DNA of 64,000 nt from TPA_inf: Saccharomyces (taxonomy: Eukaryota), in assembly GCA_000146045.2 (NCBI GenBank), contig BK006934.2, positions 384,001 to 448,000 on the forward strand. Direction: 5' to 3'. Shown one piece after another: positions 45,179 through 58,180 of the stretch. Both the position numbers and the translations under genes were made by a program. How positions within the stretch are numbered: position 1 is the first letter of the stretch; the number at the start of each line of letters is the position of its first letter. The notes below the pieces were generated by a model that searched no databases, was not told the origin of the DNA, and worked only from the letters and a program-made list of their open reading frames with translations.

Positions 45179-45378
45179 CCTGACGATCTCTTCAATTGTC
45201 AGTGTTTGCTTGCACAAAATGAGTACTCACTTGAGTATGTTTTCTCCCAATTTTGTTTTGAGGCTGCCGTAATGATTGTAACTTTATCTTCAAAAATGTA
45301 ACACAAGTTTTGCCATAAATAGCGTAAGATCAGTTAAATATATATAAGTTCTTTCTGCCGCACGGAATTGCTTTATTG

Positions 45379-45385
45379 CGCGAAA
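45379..45385. promoter_or_regulatory. CGCGAAA (SCB-type) core about 200 bp upstream of DNA2.
   Basis: The heptamer is read directly. G1/S regulation of DNA2 is established, but use of this particular site is inferred. Confidence 0.3.
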
Positions 45386-45706
45386 TGAAAACAAGAATAT
45401 CCAATTTCTATATGAAGGACATAATGGAATGGGAGTGACAACGGACCATTTTCTGTCCGAACGATGTCTATCTCCTTTGGTTACTTTTTGAAATAGAATC
45501 ACAGTCAATGACCAATTTTCACATACTTATAGCTTTTCATAGTGCGGAAAGCGTAGCTTTGAAGTAGTTCCGAAATTATAATACATCATCGTGTGGTAGG
45601 TAGCAACTACGACGGGCATAAAAAATGCGTTGAATATTATACATACAAACTTATACTTACATATATATCTATGAAATAACAGATTCCAGTTTATTGGGGA
45701 ATATAT

Positions 45707-48700
45707 TCAGCTAAATACATCGATTTGTTCGGCCTCTAACTCTTCGTCCCCCGCCAATTCGCTAAACTGTAAAAAGTGTACTGGACGATGCATCTCATTA
45801 TAGAATTCCAAAGGAATGCCGTATTTAAAATTGTAGTCACCTTCTTGGTTAAATGCTGTTCCCATAAATGTGTAGTTCCAAACGTTTCCAGATGGAATTA
45901 TAAAATTACCTGTGATACGGTCAGAGAGAAGTAATTGGGCATGCGTGCTGAAAGTAGGCTCAAACCCTTCCGATAGCACGTTCATTATATCCTTATTTTC
46001 TTCACCCCATTGGTAACCTTCGTCGGTCAGGTTATAAGCGCTTAATGATACTGATCCCGGGGTGGAAAAAATTGAAATATCAATGCAGTCTCTTTTCTTA
46101 TCCGCAAAAAGTTTAGAATGAGTTGCTACTTCAGACGCAGCCATGAATTTAAGTTCTTCTGTCTGGGTATGGATCCAACCGAGTAGTTCAAGGCCTTCAG
46201 TATCCGGAAGGTCTCCGATGTCAGGGATGTTGCTTATCTGAACGGATCCTACGTGGCCTAATTGAGGTACCAGCACAACAGTCTTGATTTCTTTCACCTT
46301 CGGATGATCTTTTGCTGACATACCATAAATAAAGGCCGCCACCTGGATTTTCACATCGGATATCTCAATAAACTTCTTTAATAAATTTTTTGGAAGGACG
46401 TAAACATTCTGTTCCTCCACGAAATCATCAGCCGAAACATAAATGTTTTTTAACCTCAAATATAATAGTGTATTAGCAATTGCAGATTTTCTCCATTCAT
46501 TCTTTGAACTAAACGTTTGACTTTCGTAATCAGCGGAAGCTACTACAACTATCTCCTCACCTTGCGCATTGATAGTTTTAGTTTTCATAACAGTTGATGC
46601 ACCTGCAGCTTCTTCGTCGTTCTGCTTTTCTGACCTGGCAGCTTCTAATTCAGCCATTTTTTGTCTCTTCACAGATGGTGCCTTGATATTTTGACCCAAT
46701 ATAATATCTTTAATTTCCGTTTGAGTTAAGGCAGATATATTGACATTGTATTTTCTGCCGTACTCAGTCAAAATCAAATCTCTCATTTGAGATTCGATAG
46801 TGATCCATTGTTCATCAGTGAATGAAGGCCATAAATGGTACGATTTGATAGTGATCGTGGGGTCACTGAGTAGAATCATTTTGGCACTTTCCTCGTTCGT
46901 CTTTAAAGCTCTTAAAAGTAGTGTAAGTCTAGAAAATGCAGTGTACGATGAAATACGGTCTAACCAATCATCATAAATGTTAAACAGAACCATCTGAGGT
47001 TCAGTAGCTTTCATCACAACATCAGAAAGTTTATCTATTGACATTGCAGCTGAAAATGGTAGTCGCAGCTCTGTTGGCCTGATTGCTATGTTAGGAAAGT
47101 CAAGCATGTGAACCTCTAAAGGATCAAGCATTGCCTTTCTTGTGACGATAATTTGTTTTGGCTGCTCTTCTTTGGGCAAAGATCTCACAAGAGCACTAAC
47201 TTCCTCAGCTGTTTTCCATTTGGCCAATTGGCTTAAACGTTTTTGACCGGCCCATACAGAGGTATGGATAATTTTCAGAAACAGATGCCCAGTCTTTGGA
47301 TTTAAAGTGAAAATGCAACCATTAATTGCTTTTGTAGCAACGTTCCCTTCAAAAGTCTTGTGGACAGTAACTCTATACACATTAGTGTCGTCAACGAAGA
47401 GTTTAATGTCGTTATTGAATAACTCGGCATAGTTTGAGGAGTTTAAAAATGGTTCCTGTACACTAGATTGATATATTTGAAGACCTTTTCTAATACGTTC
47501 ACGAAGGACATATAATGCTGGGTTAGCTTTCATAATTGTTCTCATACTATTTTGTATCAAAGGTTTTAATCCGTTGAACCAATTACCATAGGCATCATAC
47601 ATGTTATAAGCCAAATCGATACCGATCATAACACCTGTTGGGGAGGGATACATGCTGACATTATCTGTTGTATAATCGAGGAATTTTGCCCTCACATAAC
47701 GAGATATATCATGAGAATCATAATCACCGTATCTCAATTGTACATCAAACCACATTTTGTTGGTAATCAATCCCTTAAATGAGTCATTTGTTTCATGTAA
47801 TAGGGAGGGTTTTGAAACTTCCCATTCATGAACACTTTCCATAGTTATGTCAGCGGCAGATGAATTCATCTTGTACGATTTGCGGGGATGCACTGTTTCT
47901 TTAGTCACAGATTCAATTTGCAAAACATCTAGCTCACCATCGAGAATTTGACAAATATCAAAAACTATACTTTCATGTATTTTTTGCCACAAATGAGCAC
48001 GGAATATTTGAATTAAAGATATTTTTAACGTAGGAATTTTACCATGGAGGAAGATACCAGTCAGATCCAATTGCACCAAGAAACCGACATAGACATTTGC
48101 TCTGTTAATAGTTGGTGACCACCATAAGGTAAATCTACGATTTGGAATTTGGCTTAAACCAGTTCTTTGAGCATGAGTTAGCTTCTTAAATTGCATGGAA
48201 TCCTCAAACCCGGACGCCTTTTCCCAAAACAAACCTTCCCATGAATTAAAACCAGTCCCCTTAAATAAAGTGTGTTCCAAAATTGTTTCAATACCTCCTA
48301 GGGCTTGAATCACATCAGTTCTATAGGCATTTAAATTCCATAATTTACCGTCATGGTGGGAGTTTGTCCACCAAAAGGGGCTGTTTCTCTCTAGAGAGTA
48401 CTGTTTAAATTCCCTACGGATTCTGTGACCTCTGTCATACGCTAGAGTATGTCGATCTCTTTGAAATAAAGTGCTAATACGAGGTATACCACGATCCCAC
48501 GATCCTTCAAGTTCTTCAAAAGCTAACCTCCTATTCTGCTGAATAGCTTCCTGCCTTTTCGTTGCATACTCGGCCCACACCCTTTGAGAGTCTAAAAATT
48601 CATTTTCCCAAGTAGTGATGTAACGGAAGATAGTTGGGATTAATTTTTCATCCTCGTGCGTCATACCAGCACGAAAATGCGTAATTCCAGTATCGGTCTG

Positions 48701-51700
48701 TTTTGACCAACTTAAGTCAGATGCAGGAATTAAAATATGAGAAGCACTAATCATACCCAACCCACCAAGTTCTTTTGGTGTATAAAAAACAGCAGGTGGA
48801 AATCTTGTTGGCATTTTCGAATTTAAACCAAGTTTGACACGGTTTTGAATTCTTGTTTCTCCTTTCACCAGGATATCTAATAACGGCTCCGTGGCAACAA
48901 TGGCTTCTCTAAAGTATGTGAAAAGGGATATCAGTGAAGTGTTCCATTTAGCGGCCACTTTAGTAAAAGTGGTTGAACCGGAGGCCATCAATATGCCTCT
49001 TATTCTGCTGTCAAATTTTTTGATTTCTTCTTCAGATACCTTTAAATATGCTTTTGCAGTTCTTTGCTTGGTTCTTTCGTCAACTAAATCCCAAACACCT
49101 TCATCGTTAGAAACCACCTCTTCCATTCTTTGTCTTGGTAATATTCTGACTTCAAAACCACACATAGAGAAGAGTAAGTTCGGATTGTTTTTACTGTATA
49201 CGGAAACAAAAGCATTTTCCCATTTAATTGACGTTAACGAAGTTGGCACCCTACTTTGAATTTCCCAAAACACTGCTCGCCCTAGGTTAACGTCCTGACG
49301 TATTAGCCTCATGCGCGAATCTTTGGGCCAGCATTTTCTATTATTGTATCCGATGCTGTTTTCAAAGTTTGGATCTGGATTCTCTGCCAAGTATTCATCA
49401 GTCAATTCCTCTCCCTCATCTTCTTCAAAGTGAAAAAGCATATATATACGATCTAAATATCTGGTGTAAAGTCTGATCGGATGTGCCTTTTCTACTTCTT
49501 TGCTCTTGAATTGCATAAATTCATTTGGATTGTTAGCTGGACCAGCCAAATCTGTAGCCCTTTCCTGACCCAATAGTAAAAGATCTATAACTAGTCCGTA
49601 ATATTGGAATATGAAAGAAGCGAACTTCAACCCGCGTATTAAGCCATATTTGTTGACGTGACTCATATCTTTAAAGTTGATAACAACATTATTTTTTGCA
49701 GTGATATAGTCAGCAATATTAGGATCTACAATCAGGCGAAGTAATCTATTAAGTAAAGTAAAGTCAATTTTTTCGGCCATTTCACCCAAAGTAGTCTCAA
49801 GCAAAACTGCAGATTGGCCTCTGGATACATCCCAAATTTCAGATAGGTTGTTTATACCCTGAGTCCACTTGTATACCAGAAGAGGTGGTATCTCTGAATC
49901 ACTTGGTTTAATCCAGTTTGGGAAAAGCTTTCGTTGGTCAGCTTCGTACCATAAATACTGATCAAGATATGCATCGGTAATCTTTTCCAAGGGATCAACT
50001 GAATAAACAGGGGAAATGTTTTGATAGTTTTCCATCATGGTTATATCAACAGGCTTAAAAACTCGCTGGGTCAACAAGTACTTTTTGATTCTGTTCAAAG
50101 TATCGTGAGGATTATCATAAGCCTCCTCTATCAACGCAAGTTCTTCCCTTTCAGATGCATTTAAACGTACTTTTGATGCGTAGACATCTTTTAGGTCTTC
50201 GAGGGCAAGAACTAATATCTTAGTATCATTTTTGTAAGTTAAAGGTGGAAATGGTATTGGTGAAAAGCTCCTTGATTCAAGCCACTCAACCATAACAGAA
50301 AATATGGTCGTAGCCTCTTCGGGAGTAATTTCGGGACCGTTTTTCTGTATTTGCCTTTGACGTTCCTGCTCATTTTTGATCCAAAGTCTCGTTAAACGCC
50401 CCAGATTTTTTTTAACCATAGTCTTTTCGACGTGAGCTCCACGCTTTATACGTTCTCGATTGTAATGAGCTGCAGATACCCAGGCATCAGCTTTGGATTT
50501 TATATACCGTTCAATTATTTTTTTGATTGGGGCTGGCATACCAGGAACATCCCATGGAATATTAGCCTTCCAACATCTCCAAGCCTCACTTAAATGTTGC
50601 AGTATAGTTCTTGCCTTTTTCTGTCGAATACTCTCAGGCATCATTTCTAAAATGTCATCCATGACCGAGTTTCGTAACTCAAGATCGTAGTAGGCGTCAA
50701 GTCTTTGTTTAGTTGTAGTTTTGACAATTTCATTAGAACGGCCTTCAAATTGACGTGTGATAAGGTTTCCAATATATCTTTCGAGTAGTGGTATAGTGCC
50801 TCTTAAGAAATTTAGCCACACTCTCCACGCAGGTTGCCAAAATCCACAACCAGGTCCTTTTCCCAAATTTTTATTAAACTTATAATATATGATATGTTTC
50901 AGATCTTTACATGCGCGGATTTGATGCATTACTTTATATTTATAACGATAAATACCGGTCAATTGTCCTATGTGGTTCAAAATATAATGTATACCATCTG
51001 CTAACTGGAAGGCATCTACATTTCCTAACCTAAACTGCACATGTGTATCTACAATCAGTTTCATCATTTTTAGCAATTCACGCATCAAATGAAATGAGTT
51101 TCCAAGTCTTGACTTTTTACGTTCTTTTGTGGTTAAGGTTTTAGTTGGTTTTAAATTGAAATTGTAGTCGAGATGTAAATAAGTTAGGCCCTTTCTGTGG
51201 ATTAATAAATTTAACATATTGTGTCCTTGTCGACATAGCTGGAGTCCTGCCTCTACCCAATCAATTGTAGTTTGTTGAAAATACTTGGTATTTTTTAAAC
51301 TCTTCAATAACTTAGTTTTGTTGTGGTTTGTTGGCAAAGTAGGGTGCAATTCATTTAGCACGTAGTTCTTCAAGAGCTTTTGGTAAGAGACCTTAACTTT
51401 AACGGGATACTCCTCGTCAGGATGTTGCAAAAACCATTTTTTAGCCAGGGCAACATCTTGTGCTCTCACCATTTTTCCTTTAGTTCTATTAAATGGAAAA
51501 GGTGAATGATATAACGACATCGCATCTTTTGTATTTGGCAAAATAAGTTCTTCTTCTTCAGCCAAAAGAGGTGCAAAATCTTCAGGTAAAGTGAAATCAC
51601 CGTTTTCCTTTGTATTTGATACGTTGAGGGATGAATTATTATCAATAAAGTGAGGTATTGGGTTCAGCGATGGATCAAAAAAAAGTGCAGGCGTGTCGTA

Positions 51701-52948
51701 CTCCTCATCGTTCTGGATAATACACGACACTGGATTATTATACCATGGTATGCGCACTGAACGGGGCCGGGAATTATATAGATGAGGAAACGCTACCTTA
51801 TATTCGCTTCTAATAGGAACCCTAAATATTACTCTATCTATAGAGTTGAATTCGTTATAATCTTCCTCCTCTTCTCTTGGGTATAAAGGTTCAAATTTAG
51901 GACCTCCAGGGATTGCGTTATTAAGGGCTTTACCGTTAAAAAAAGATTTTTTATCGAAAAGATAATAGTAATTTTTGTCAGTTACTTCATCTCTAAGTGG
52001 CGTTGATAACCTATATAAGTTCGACATTTCAGGTAAATCAAAACTCCACTTTTTATAAGATGTACCATTGACCTTTTTACTATCCTCCTCCAAGGGCCGG
52101 GAATCGTAGAGCCAATCTTTAACATATTCATCATCTTGAGAGTCTAAGGGAAGATTTATAGGATCCAGTGGCTCGATATTTTCTATGTGCTGTTCATATG
52201 ACAGAGGTGGTTCGTCATCATCGAAAGGTGGAAATCTCATTCTTTTAAAATGTGTTCTATCTCGTTTTTCTCTCCTCATTGCTATCCAAGTAGCTGACCA
52301 TTGGGCAGTATATACAGGCTCTATTACTCTTGGTGTTTCATTCACAAATGTTATGGCTCCTGAAGTGTGATATAAAACTTTAACTTCTTTGGCTTGCTCC
52401 CATGGATGAGGCATGTTCTCTAACAATTTTAAAATCGCGTGCGGTAAATACTTTAGAGCGCCTAGAAAAGCCTTTTTATCAGTATTGTACATTTTGGAGG
52501 CCATGTCACTGTGAGTATTAATAATCTTTCGCAGATGTTCCGGTGGCATCTCGGCTTTAGGAGTATATAAATTGCTTCTCTTTGCCTTTTTGGTCATTTT
52601 TTTTGCACGCTTTCTTGATTTTCGAGTGACGAAAGTATCTTTTCCTATGTCCAATTTTCTCTTTCCATGTAATTCTACTTTCTTTTCTGCTTTAGTCTCT
52701 AATTCATCTAGACCTGGAGGGGGTGGTGGCGGTGGTAATGTGAAGTCCACAATTTCTTCAGCGTTTATTTCGAAGTTGCTTGGAGGAGGTGGTGGAGGCG
52801 GAAGGAATGTATCCTCATTTACCGATGATGGCACCATCGGATTATCCAGTTCTTCGATTTCGTATCCAGGCGGTGGTGGTGGTGGTGGTGGAAGTGCTAA
52901 GTCGCTGTCCTCTTCAAAACCAGGAGGTGGGGGCGGTAGTCCACTCAT
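45707..52948 (-). CDS. PRP8: U5 snRNP core spliceosomal protein Prp8, 2413 aa.
   Basis: Unmistakable Prp8 sequence through the RT-like, endonuclease-like, RNase H-like and Jab1/MPN domains. N-terminal poly-Pro blocks. Confidence 0.97.
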
Positions 52949-53169
52949 CTTTCTTTGACGCTATTTTTTTTTTGGAAGGAAGTTCAATCGCACAAGTATT
53001 TTCTATGGTCTTCGTTTCTCAAATTGTATTCCTAACTTTGTTGCTTTTGTACTAGCCGTATTACCTCGGTTCATCCTTCTGCCATGGTCACTTTAAATAG
53101 CTATATAGCCTGGCATTTATAAAAATTTCATATCATTTAGTACGAATAGCTATGTGTATGTTCACTTCA

Positions 53170-55050
53170 CTACATATGCCTTCTGCACTCCCGAGCCAGC
53201 ATACGAGCCTCTTCAATCTCTTGAGACGTTCCACTAGATACCCCCATGGCATAATCATAAGCCAATTGGTAGTTTCCTGCCTTAATCTCAAATATTGCCA
53301 GCCAAAGCCTAGCCTTCACGGTTTCATCTGTTACTATACCTTCCAGAAGTTCTTCCACATCTACACATTTCATCATGAACTTCTTACATTCTTGCAAGTC
53401 TTCAAGTTCTTCATATAGTTGCGCTAACCGGTAATATATTGAAGTATTTTGATCGACCGTTTGTGAAGCTTTTATGGATCTTTTGTAGCATTTTATAGCT
53501 TCTACCTTATTTCCCGTCTTACTATAACATTCTCCCAATACTTGCCAAATCCGACGATCCCAAGGTTTCAAAGTGCAAGCTTTCTGGAAGTAGTAAAGAG
53601 AATATAAATGCATGTCCAGGAGAGCATAAGCCTGGCCCAAACCAAACCATGCTTTGAAGTCTCGAGGGCATATATCTACGGCCCGACGATAGCATTCTAT
53701 TGCGGCATGTGAATTGCTTAGTTCAACAAATTCGTGACCCATCAAAGTCCATGCGTTTGTTGTTTTTTTATCCAAAGTTAGTGCTCGACGGAAATACATG
53801 ATAGATTTTTCATGTTCCTGTCGGGCACTGTAATAGTTCGCTATGATACAACATGTTTCCGGTCTAAATCTATCTATTTGGGAGACGAATTGCGCCAAAT
53901 AGGCTAATTTTGAATTCTTCTGCATGACGTATAGAATATTGGAGTAGGTTTCCAAATCGTTGAGACGGTACGGATCTTGTTTAACGATGTCATCAAATCG
54001 GCTTTCTGCGGTAACATAATCCAAATTGTTGTAACTAATAGTAGCATTGTAAGCCTTTAAAAAAGTGAAATTGGGGAAAACTTGTAACAAAAACTCTAAA
54101 TCTTCAAAGTAGTCCTCTAACTGGCCATTAAGCTCCTCAAACACTTTTAGCTTGAAAAATTTGATCATTATATTAAATTCTATCGTTCGTTGACTACCAA
54201 GATTTTCAGAAAATTTGAATTGGAAATTTTGATATAGATAATTATTTAAAAGCAATGCATCGTCAACCTTTTGTAAACAGTCCATTAACTCCAGCCAGCA
54301 GGACCAGTTAAAGGAGTAGCAACTCAGAGATTTCAAGAATGACGACATTGCCTTAGAAATATTCTTCTCTTGCTTTAAGATGACCCCTCGTAAATAATAC
54401 AACAGTGCTAACCCTAAATCGGCCTCATCATCGTCTATCTTTATTTCATAAGACTCCAGAAATGTGTTAATTTCCTTCAAAATAGATGATATGTTCGATT
54501 GTGACTCATGCTCATTGCTGACCATTTTTAAATTGGCGCGTTGGTGCCCACTTTGATTTATATCCTCATTCCCACTACCATCCCCATCTTTGTTAGCTCT
54601 GTACATTTCGTCCGTAAACTTCCCTGTAGTTAAGATATTTTCCATACTTTCCTGGCTTTTCTTATCCCACGATAGAAATTTACTGTATAATTTTAAGAAC
54701 TTAAGGTATGGATTAGTGACATCTTTTAGAAAAAAAACGCATCGATCAAACTCTTTAGCATCAAACAACGTAGAACCAAGGAGGTACAGGTCATACTCAG
54801 TCTCTGATAGGCCAAACCCGTTTTGTGGTATTTCAAACATCTGTTTCGGTACACCTTGTTTATTTCTTAGTGGCGATTCATCGGCTAAAGAGTGTGTTTG
54901 ATCAACATCAATAGCTTCTGCAAGACCTGCTAGCGCCTCTGCTGCCCACTTTGAGGAGCCGTATAGCTTCCATCGTGATAATTCTGTGGCAGCCTTTCGT
55001 AGCTGAATACGTATATCATGTATTATTTTATCCTGGCTGTCGTCATTCAT
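53170..55050 (-). CDS. CDC23: Anaphase-promoting complex TPR subunit Cdc23, 626 aa.
   Basis: Tandem TPR repeats in the C-terminal half. The length matches. Confidence 0.9.
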   Translation of the reverse strand: MNDDSQDKIIHDIRIQLRKAATELSRWKLYGSSKWAAEALAGLAEAIDVDQTHSLADESPLRNKQGVPKQMFEIPQNGFGLSETEYDLYLLGSTLFDAKEFDRCVFFLKDVTNPYLKFLKLYSKFLSWDKKSQESMENILTTGKFTDEMYRANKDGDGSGNEDINQSGHQRANLKMVSNEHESQSNISSILKEINTFLESYEIKIDDDEADLGLALLYYLRGVILKQEKNISKAMSSFLKSLSCYSFNWSCWLELMDCLQKVDDALLLNNYLYQNFQFKFSENLGSQRTIEFNIMIKFFKLKVFEELNGQLEDYFEDLEFLLQVFPNFTFLKAYNATISYNNLDYVTAESRFDDIVKQDPYRLNDLETYSNILYVMQKNSKLAYLAQFVSQIDRFRPETCCIIANYYSARQEHEKSIMYFRRALTLDKKTTNAWTLMGHEFVELSNSHAAIECYRRAVDICPRDFKAWFGLGQAYALLDMHLYSLYYFQKACTLKPWDRRIWQVLGECYSKTGNKVEAIKCYKRSIKASQTVDQNTSIYYRLAQLYEELEDLQECKKFMMKCVDVEELLEGIVTDETVKARLWLAIFEIKAGNYQLAYDYAMGVSSGTSQEIEEARMLARECRRHM

Positions 55051-55341
55051 GGTTCTAAATGCTTCACAATCTGATTCTGATCAGTATATATCCAGATTTC
55101 AGTTTTCCGCTCGCTAATACTCCCTTCTTCCTCTTAATTTGATGTGAGTACCGCAGTACTTGGTCTGCTATTATGAAGTGTTTGTTTTACCCGAAGTGCT
55201 TTTTATGTACGCGCATTGAAAAATAATAGAAACTTGGTAAGTAGAATACTTAAGAAGCTGCAGAAGTGCAGTATCTTACAGTAAGAAACAACAGCGACTA
55301 GTTTATCAGGTTTACACTGCTCAAGTTATCAAGTTCATAGC

Positions 55342-56127
55342 ATGACAAAGGAAGAAGGTCGTACGTATTTTGAATCTCTCTGCGAGGAGGAACAAAGTTT
55401 GCAGGAAAGCCAAACCCACTTATTAAATATTTTAGATATATTATCAGTATTGGCAGACCCTAGATCATCTGATGATCTGCTTACTGAATCCCTCAAGAAG
55501 TTGCCTGATTTACACAGGGAGCTGATAAATAGTTCCATCCGCCTGCGATACGATAAATATCAAACAAGAGAAGCACAGCTTTTGGAGGATACAAAAACTG
55601 GAAGGGACGTTGCAGCGGGAGTACAGAATCCTAAGAGTATTAGCGAGTACTATTCTACTTTCGAACATTTGAATAGGGATACTTTAAGGTACATAAATTT
55701 ACTGAAGCGACTTTCTGTTGATTTAGCAAAGCAGGTGGAAGTGTCTGATCCATCAGTGACAGTGTATGAAATGGATAAATGGGTTCCATCTGAGAAACTT
55801 CAGGGTATTCTCGAGCAGTACTGTGCGCCTGATACTGATATACGTGGTGTAGACGCTCAAATCAAGAACTATCTAGATCAGATCAAAATGGCACGTGCCA
55901 AATTTGGTTTAGAGAATAAGTATTCCTTAAAGGAAAGACTCTCTACTTTGACAAAGGAACTAAACCATTGGCGAAAAGAATGGGACGATATAGAAATGCT
56001 TATGTTCGGTGATGATGCACATTCTATGAAAAAAATGATCCAGAAGATAGATTCATTAAAGTCTGAAATAAATGCTCCATCGGAAAGCTATCCTGTAGAT
56101 AAAGAAGGTGACATAGTTTTAGAATAA
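55342..56127 (+). CDS. THP2: THO complex subunit Thp2, 261 aa.
   Basis: The length and position. Coiled-coil-rich sequence. Confidence 0.85.
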   Translation: MTKEEGRTYFESLCEEEQSLQESQTHLLNILDILSVLADPRSSDDLLTESLKKLPDLHRELINSSIRLRYDKYQTREAQLLEDTKTGRDVAAGVQNPKSISEYYSTFEHLNRDTLRYINLLKRLSVDLAKQVEVSDPSVTVYEMDKWVPSEKLQGILEQYCAPDTDIRGVDAQIKNYLDQIKMARAKFGLENKYSLKERLSTLTKELNHWRKEWDDIEMLMFGDDAHSMKKMIQKIDSLKSEINAPSESYPVDKEGDIVLE

Positions 56128-56376
56128 GCACATTTTATTTAACCAGCCTGCACAAGTTAGATAGAGTTATACATACTTGTTGAGTGGGAGGGAAGAAAGA
56201 GAAAAATTGTATTATTTTTTAAAGAGCTTTTTAATATTTTATTTGTTCTATCTATTATTTTCACTTCCCCGAAATAGTACTGAAGGAAAAAACATGCTGG
56301 TTTATTTAGCGTTTAATAGGATGTGTACGTACTGAGAATATCATCAAGAATCAGTCCTCGGCCAGAGCATCTAGAT

Positions 56377-57933
56377 ATGTCGATAGCTTGGTCTAGCGTT
56401 TTCAAAAGAGAATTACGGCTTGAAAGATTTTTACCAAGAGTATATTCGACGAAAGTTCCTGATAATGCACCAAGAGCGGCTGACAATGAACAATGGCTAG
56501 AAACCCTAAGACCTATAACTCACCCAGAACAGAAAAAGTCCGACCATGATGTCAGTTACACAAGACACATTAATGTTCCTCTGGGCGAAGTCACTTCTGT
56601 CAACTATCTACAACGGTATAATAAGCATAAGCATAGCCAGGGCAATTTCGTGGATGTTCGAATAGTGAAATGCAAAAGTGGCGCTGGTGGAAGTGGAGCT
56701 GTCTCCTTCTTTAGGGATGCAGGGAGGTCTATAGGTCCTCCGGATGGTGGAGATGGGGGAGCTGGTGGTAGTGTTTATATTCAAGCTGTTGCGGGGTTGG
56801 GATCTCTGGCGAAGATGAAGACCACATATACCGCTGAAGACGGAGAAGCAGGTGCTGCCAGGCAACTGGATGGCATGCGAGGAAGAGATGTTTTAATACA
56901 AGTTCCTGTGGGTACTGTTGTAAAATGGTGCTTACCACCCCAAAAAGTTCGAGAGCTCGTGGAAAGAGAAATGCGCAAAGACAATAATGCTACATTAAGG
57001 TCTATACTTGGCTCAACAGCCGTCAACTTAAGCGTTTCTTCTGGTTCTCATCGGAAAAAAATACAACTATACAGACATGAAATGGCGGAGAGTTGGCTCT
57101 TCAAGGACAAGGCCAAGGAATACCATGAGAATAAGGACTGGTTCAAAGATTTACATAAGAAAATGGAGGCATACGACCACTCGTTAGAACAATCTGAACT
57201 GTTTAATGATCAGTTTCCACTGGCTGGTCTTGACTTAAATCAGCCAATGACGAAACCAGTATGTCTGCTGAAAGGTGGCCAAGGTGGACTCGGTAACATG
57301 CACTTTTTAACAAATTTGATTAGAAATCCAAGATTTTCCAAACCCGGCAGGAATGGGTTGGAACAGCATTTTTTATTCGAATTGAAAAGCATTGCTGATC
57401 TTGGACTCATTGGTTTGCCTAACGCTGGAAAATCAACTATACTAAACAAAATCTCAAATGCAAAACCGAAAATAGGGCACTGGCAATTCACCACACTGAG
57501 CCCTACGATTGGCACAGTTTCCTTGGGTTTTGGGCAAGACGTCTTCACTGTGGCCGATATACCTGGAATAATACAGGGAGCATCATTAGACAAAGGGATG
57601 GGTCTTGAGTTTCTAAGGCATATAGAACGTTCCAATGGTTGGGTATTTGTCCTTGACCTCTCTAATAAAAACCCTTTGAATGACTTACAATTACTGATAG
57701 AGGAAGTTGGTACTTTAGAGAAAGTCAAGACCAAAAACATACTAATTGTATGTAATAAAGTCGATATTGATGCCGAGAAATCCGAATCATTTGCCAAGTA
57801 CCTACAGGTTGAGAAATTTTCCAAAAGTCAGGAATGGGACTGTGTTCCGATAAGCGCCCTCAGAGAGGAAAACATAGATGTGTTAAAGAAAAAGATGTTT
57901 AAGTGTGCTCGTCAGTCTGAATTTGACAAGTAG
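56377..57933 (+). CDS. MTG2: Mitochondrial Obg-family GTPase Mtg2, 518 aa. Start at MSIAWSSVF. The track ORF begins 18 codons upstream.
   Basis: Obg fold Gly-rich N-domain, then G1 GLPNAGKST, G3 DIPG, G4 NKVD. Confidence 0.85.
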   Translation: MSIAWSSVFKRELRLERFLPRVYSTKVPDNAPRAADNEQWLETLRPITHPEQKKSDHDVSYTRHINVPLGEVTSVNYLQRYNKHKHSQGNFVDVRIVKCKSGAGGSGAVSFFRDAGRSIGPPDGGDGGAGGSVYIQAVAGLGSLAKMKTTYTAEDGEAGAARQLDGMRGRDVLIQVPVGTVVKWCLPPQKVRELVEREMRKDNNATLRSILGSTAVNLSVSSGSHRKKIQLYRHEMAESWLFKDKAKEYHENKDWFKDLHKKMEAYDHSLEQSELFNDQFPLAGLDLNQPMTKPVCLLKGGQGGLGNMHFLTNLIRNPRFSKPGRNGLEQHFLFELKSIADLGLIGLPNAGKSTILNKISNAKPKIGHWQFTTLSPTIGTVSLGFGQDVFTVADIPGIIQGASLDKGMGLEFLRHIERSNGWVFVLDLSNKNPLNDLQLLIEEVGTLEKVKTKNILIVCNKVDIDAEKSESFAKYLQVEKFSKSQEWDCVPISALREENIDVLKKKMFKCARQSEFDK

Positions 57934-58027
57934 ATCTGTACAACTCTTCGGATGTTTTTTTTCTTTTATCCCATTCAGCATAATATTATAGCATTTAGTT
58001 TTTTGCCATAGAAGCCGTGAGAAGAGG

Positions 58028-58051
58028 AAAAAAAAATTTTTACCTCATCGC
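58028..58051. promoter_or_regulatory. RRPE (AAAAAAAAATTTTT, 58028-58041) immediately followed by a reverse PAC variant ACCTCATCGC (58042-58051), about 130 bp upstream of DBP8.
   Basis: The GCGATGAG PAC core is exact on the minus strand. RRPE is an A5-6T4-5 motif. Confidence 0.6.
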
Positions 58052-58180
58052 GGATTGTAAATAGTAAATATAAACTGGCAATTTACTTAGTTTTTGAATA
58101 AATAATTGTATAGGAATATTATCAGTCGTATAATACAGACGCTTTAGATCTCCGTAGCATCATATCAGAAACTTTTCAAG

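Noticed and set aside
52572-53055. Plus-strand ORFs encoding poly-Gly (128 aa) and others overlapping the PRP8 start.
   Set aside because: They are the antisense of the PRP8 poly-Pro codons (CCN complement GGN).
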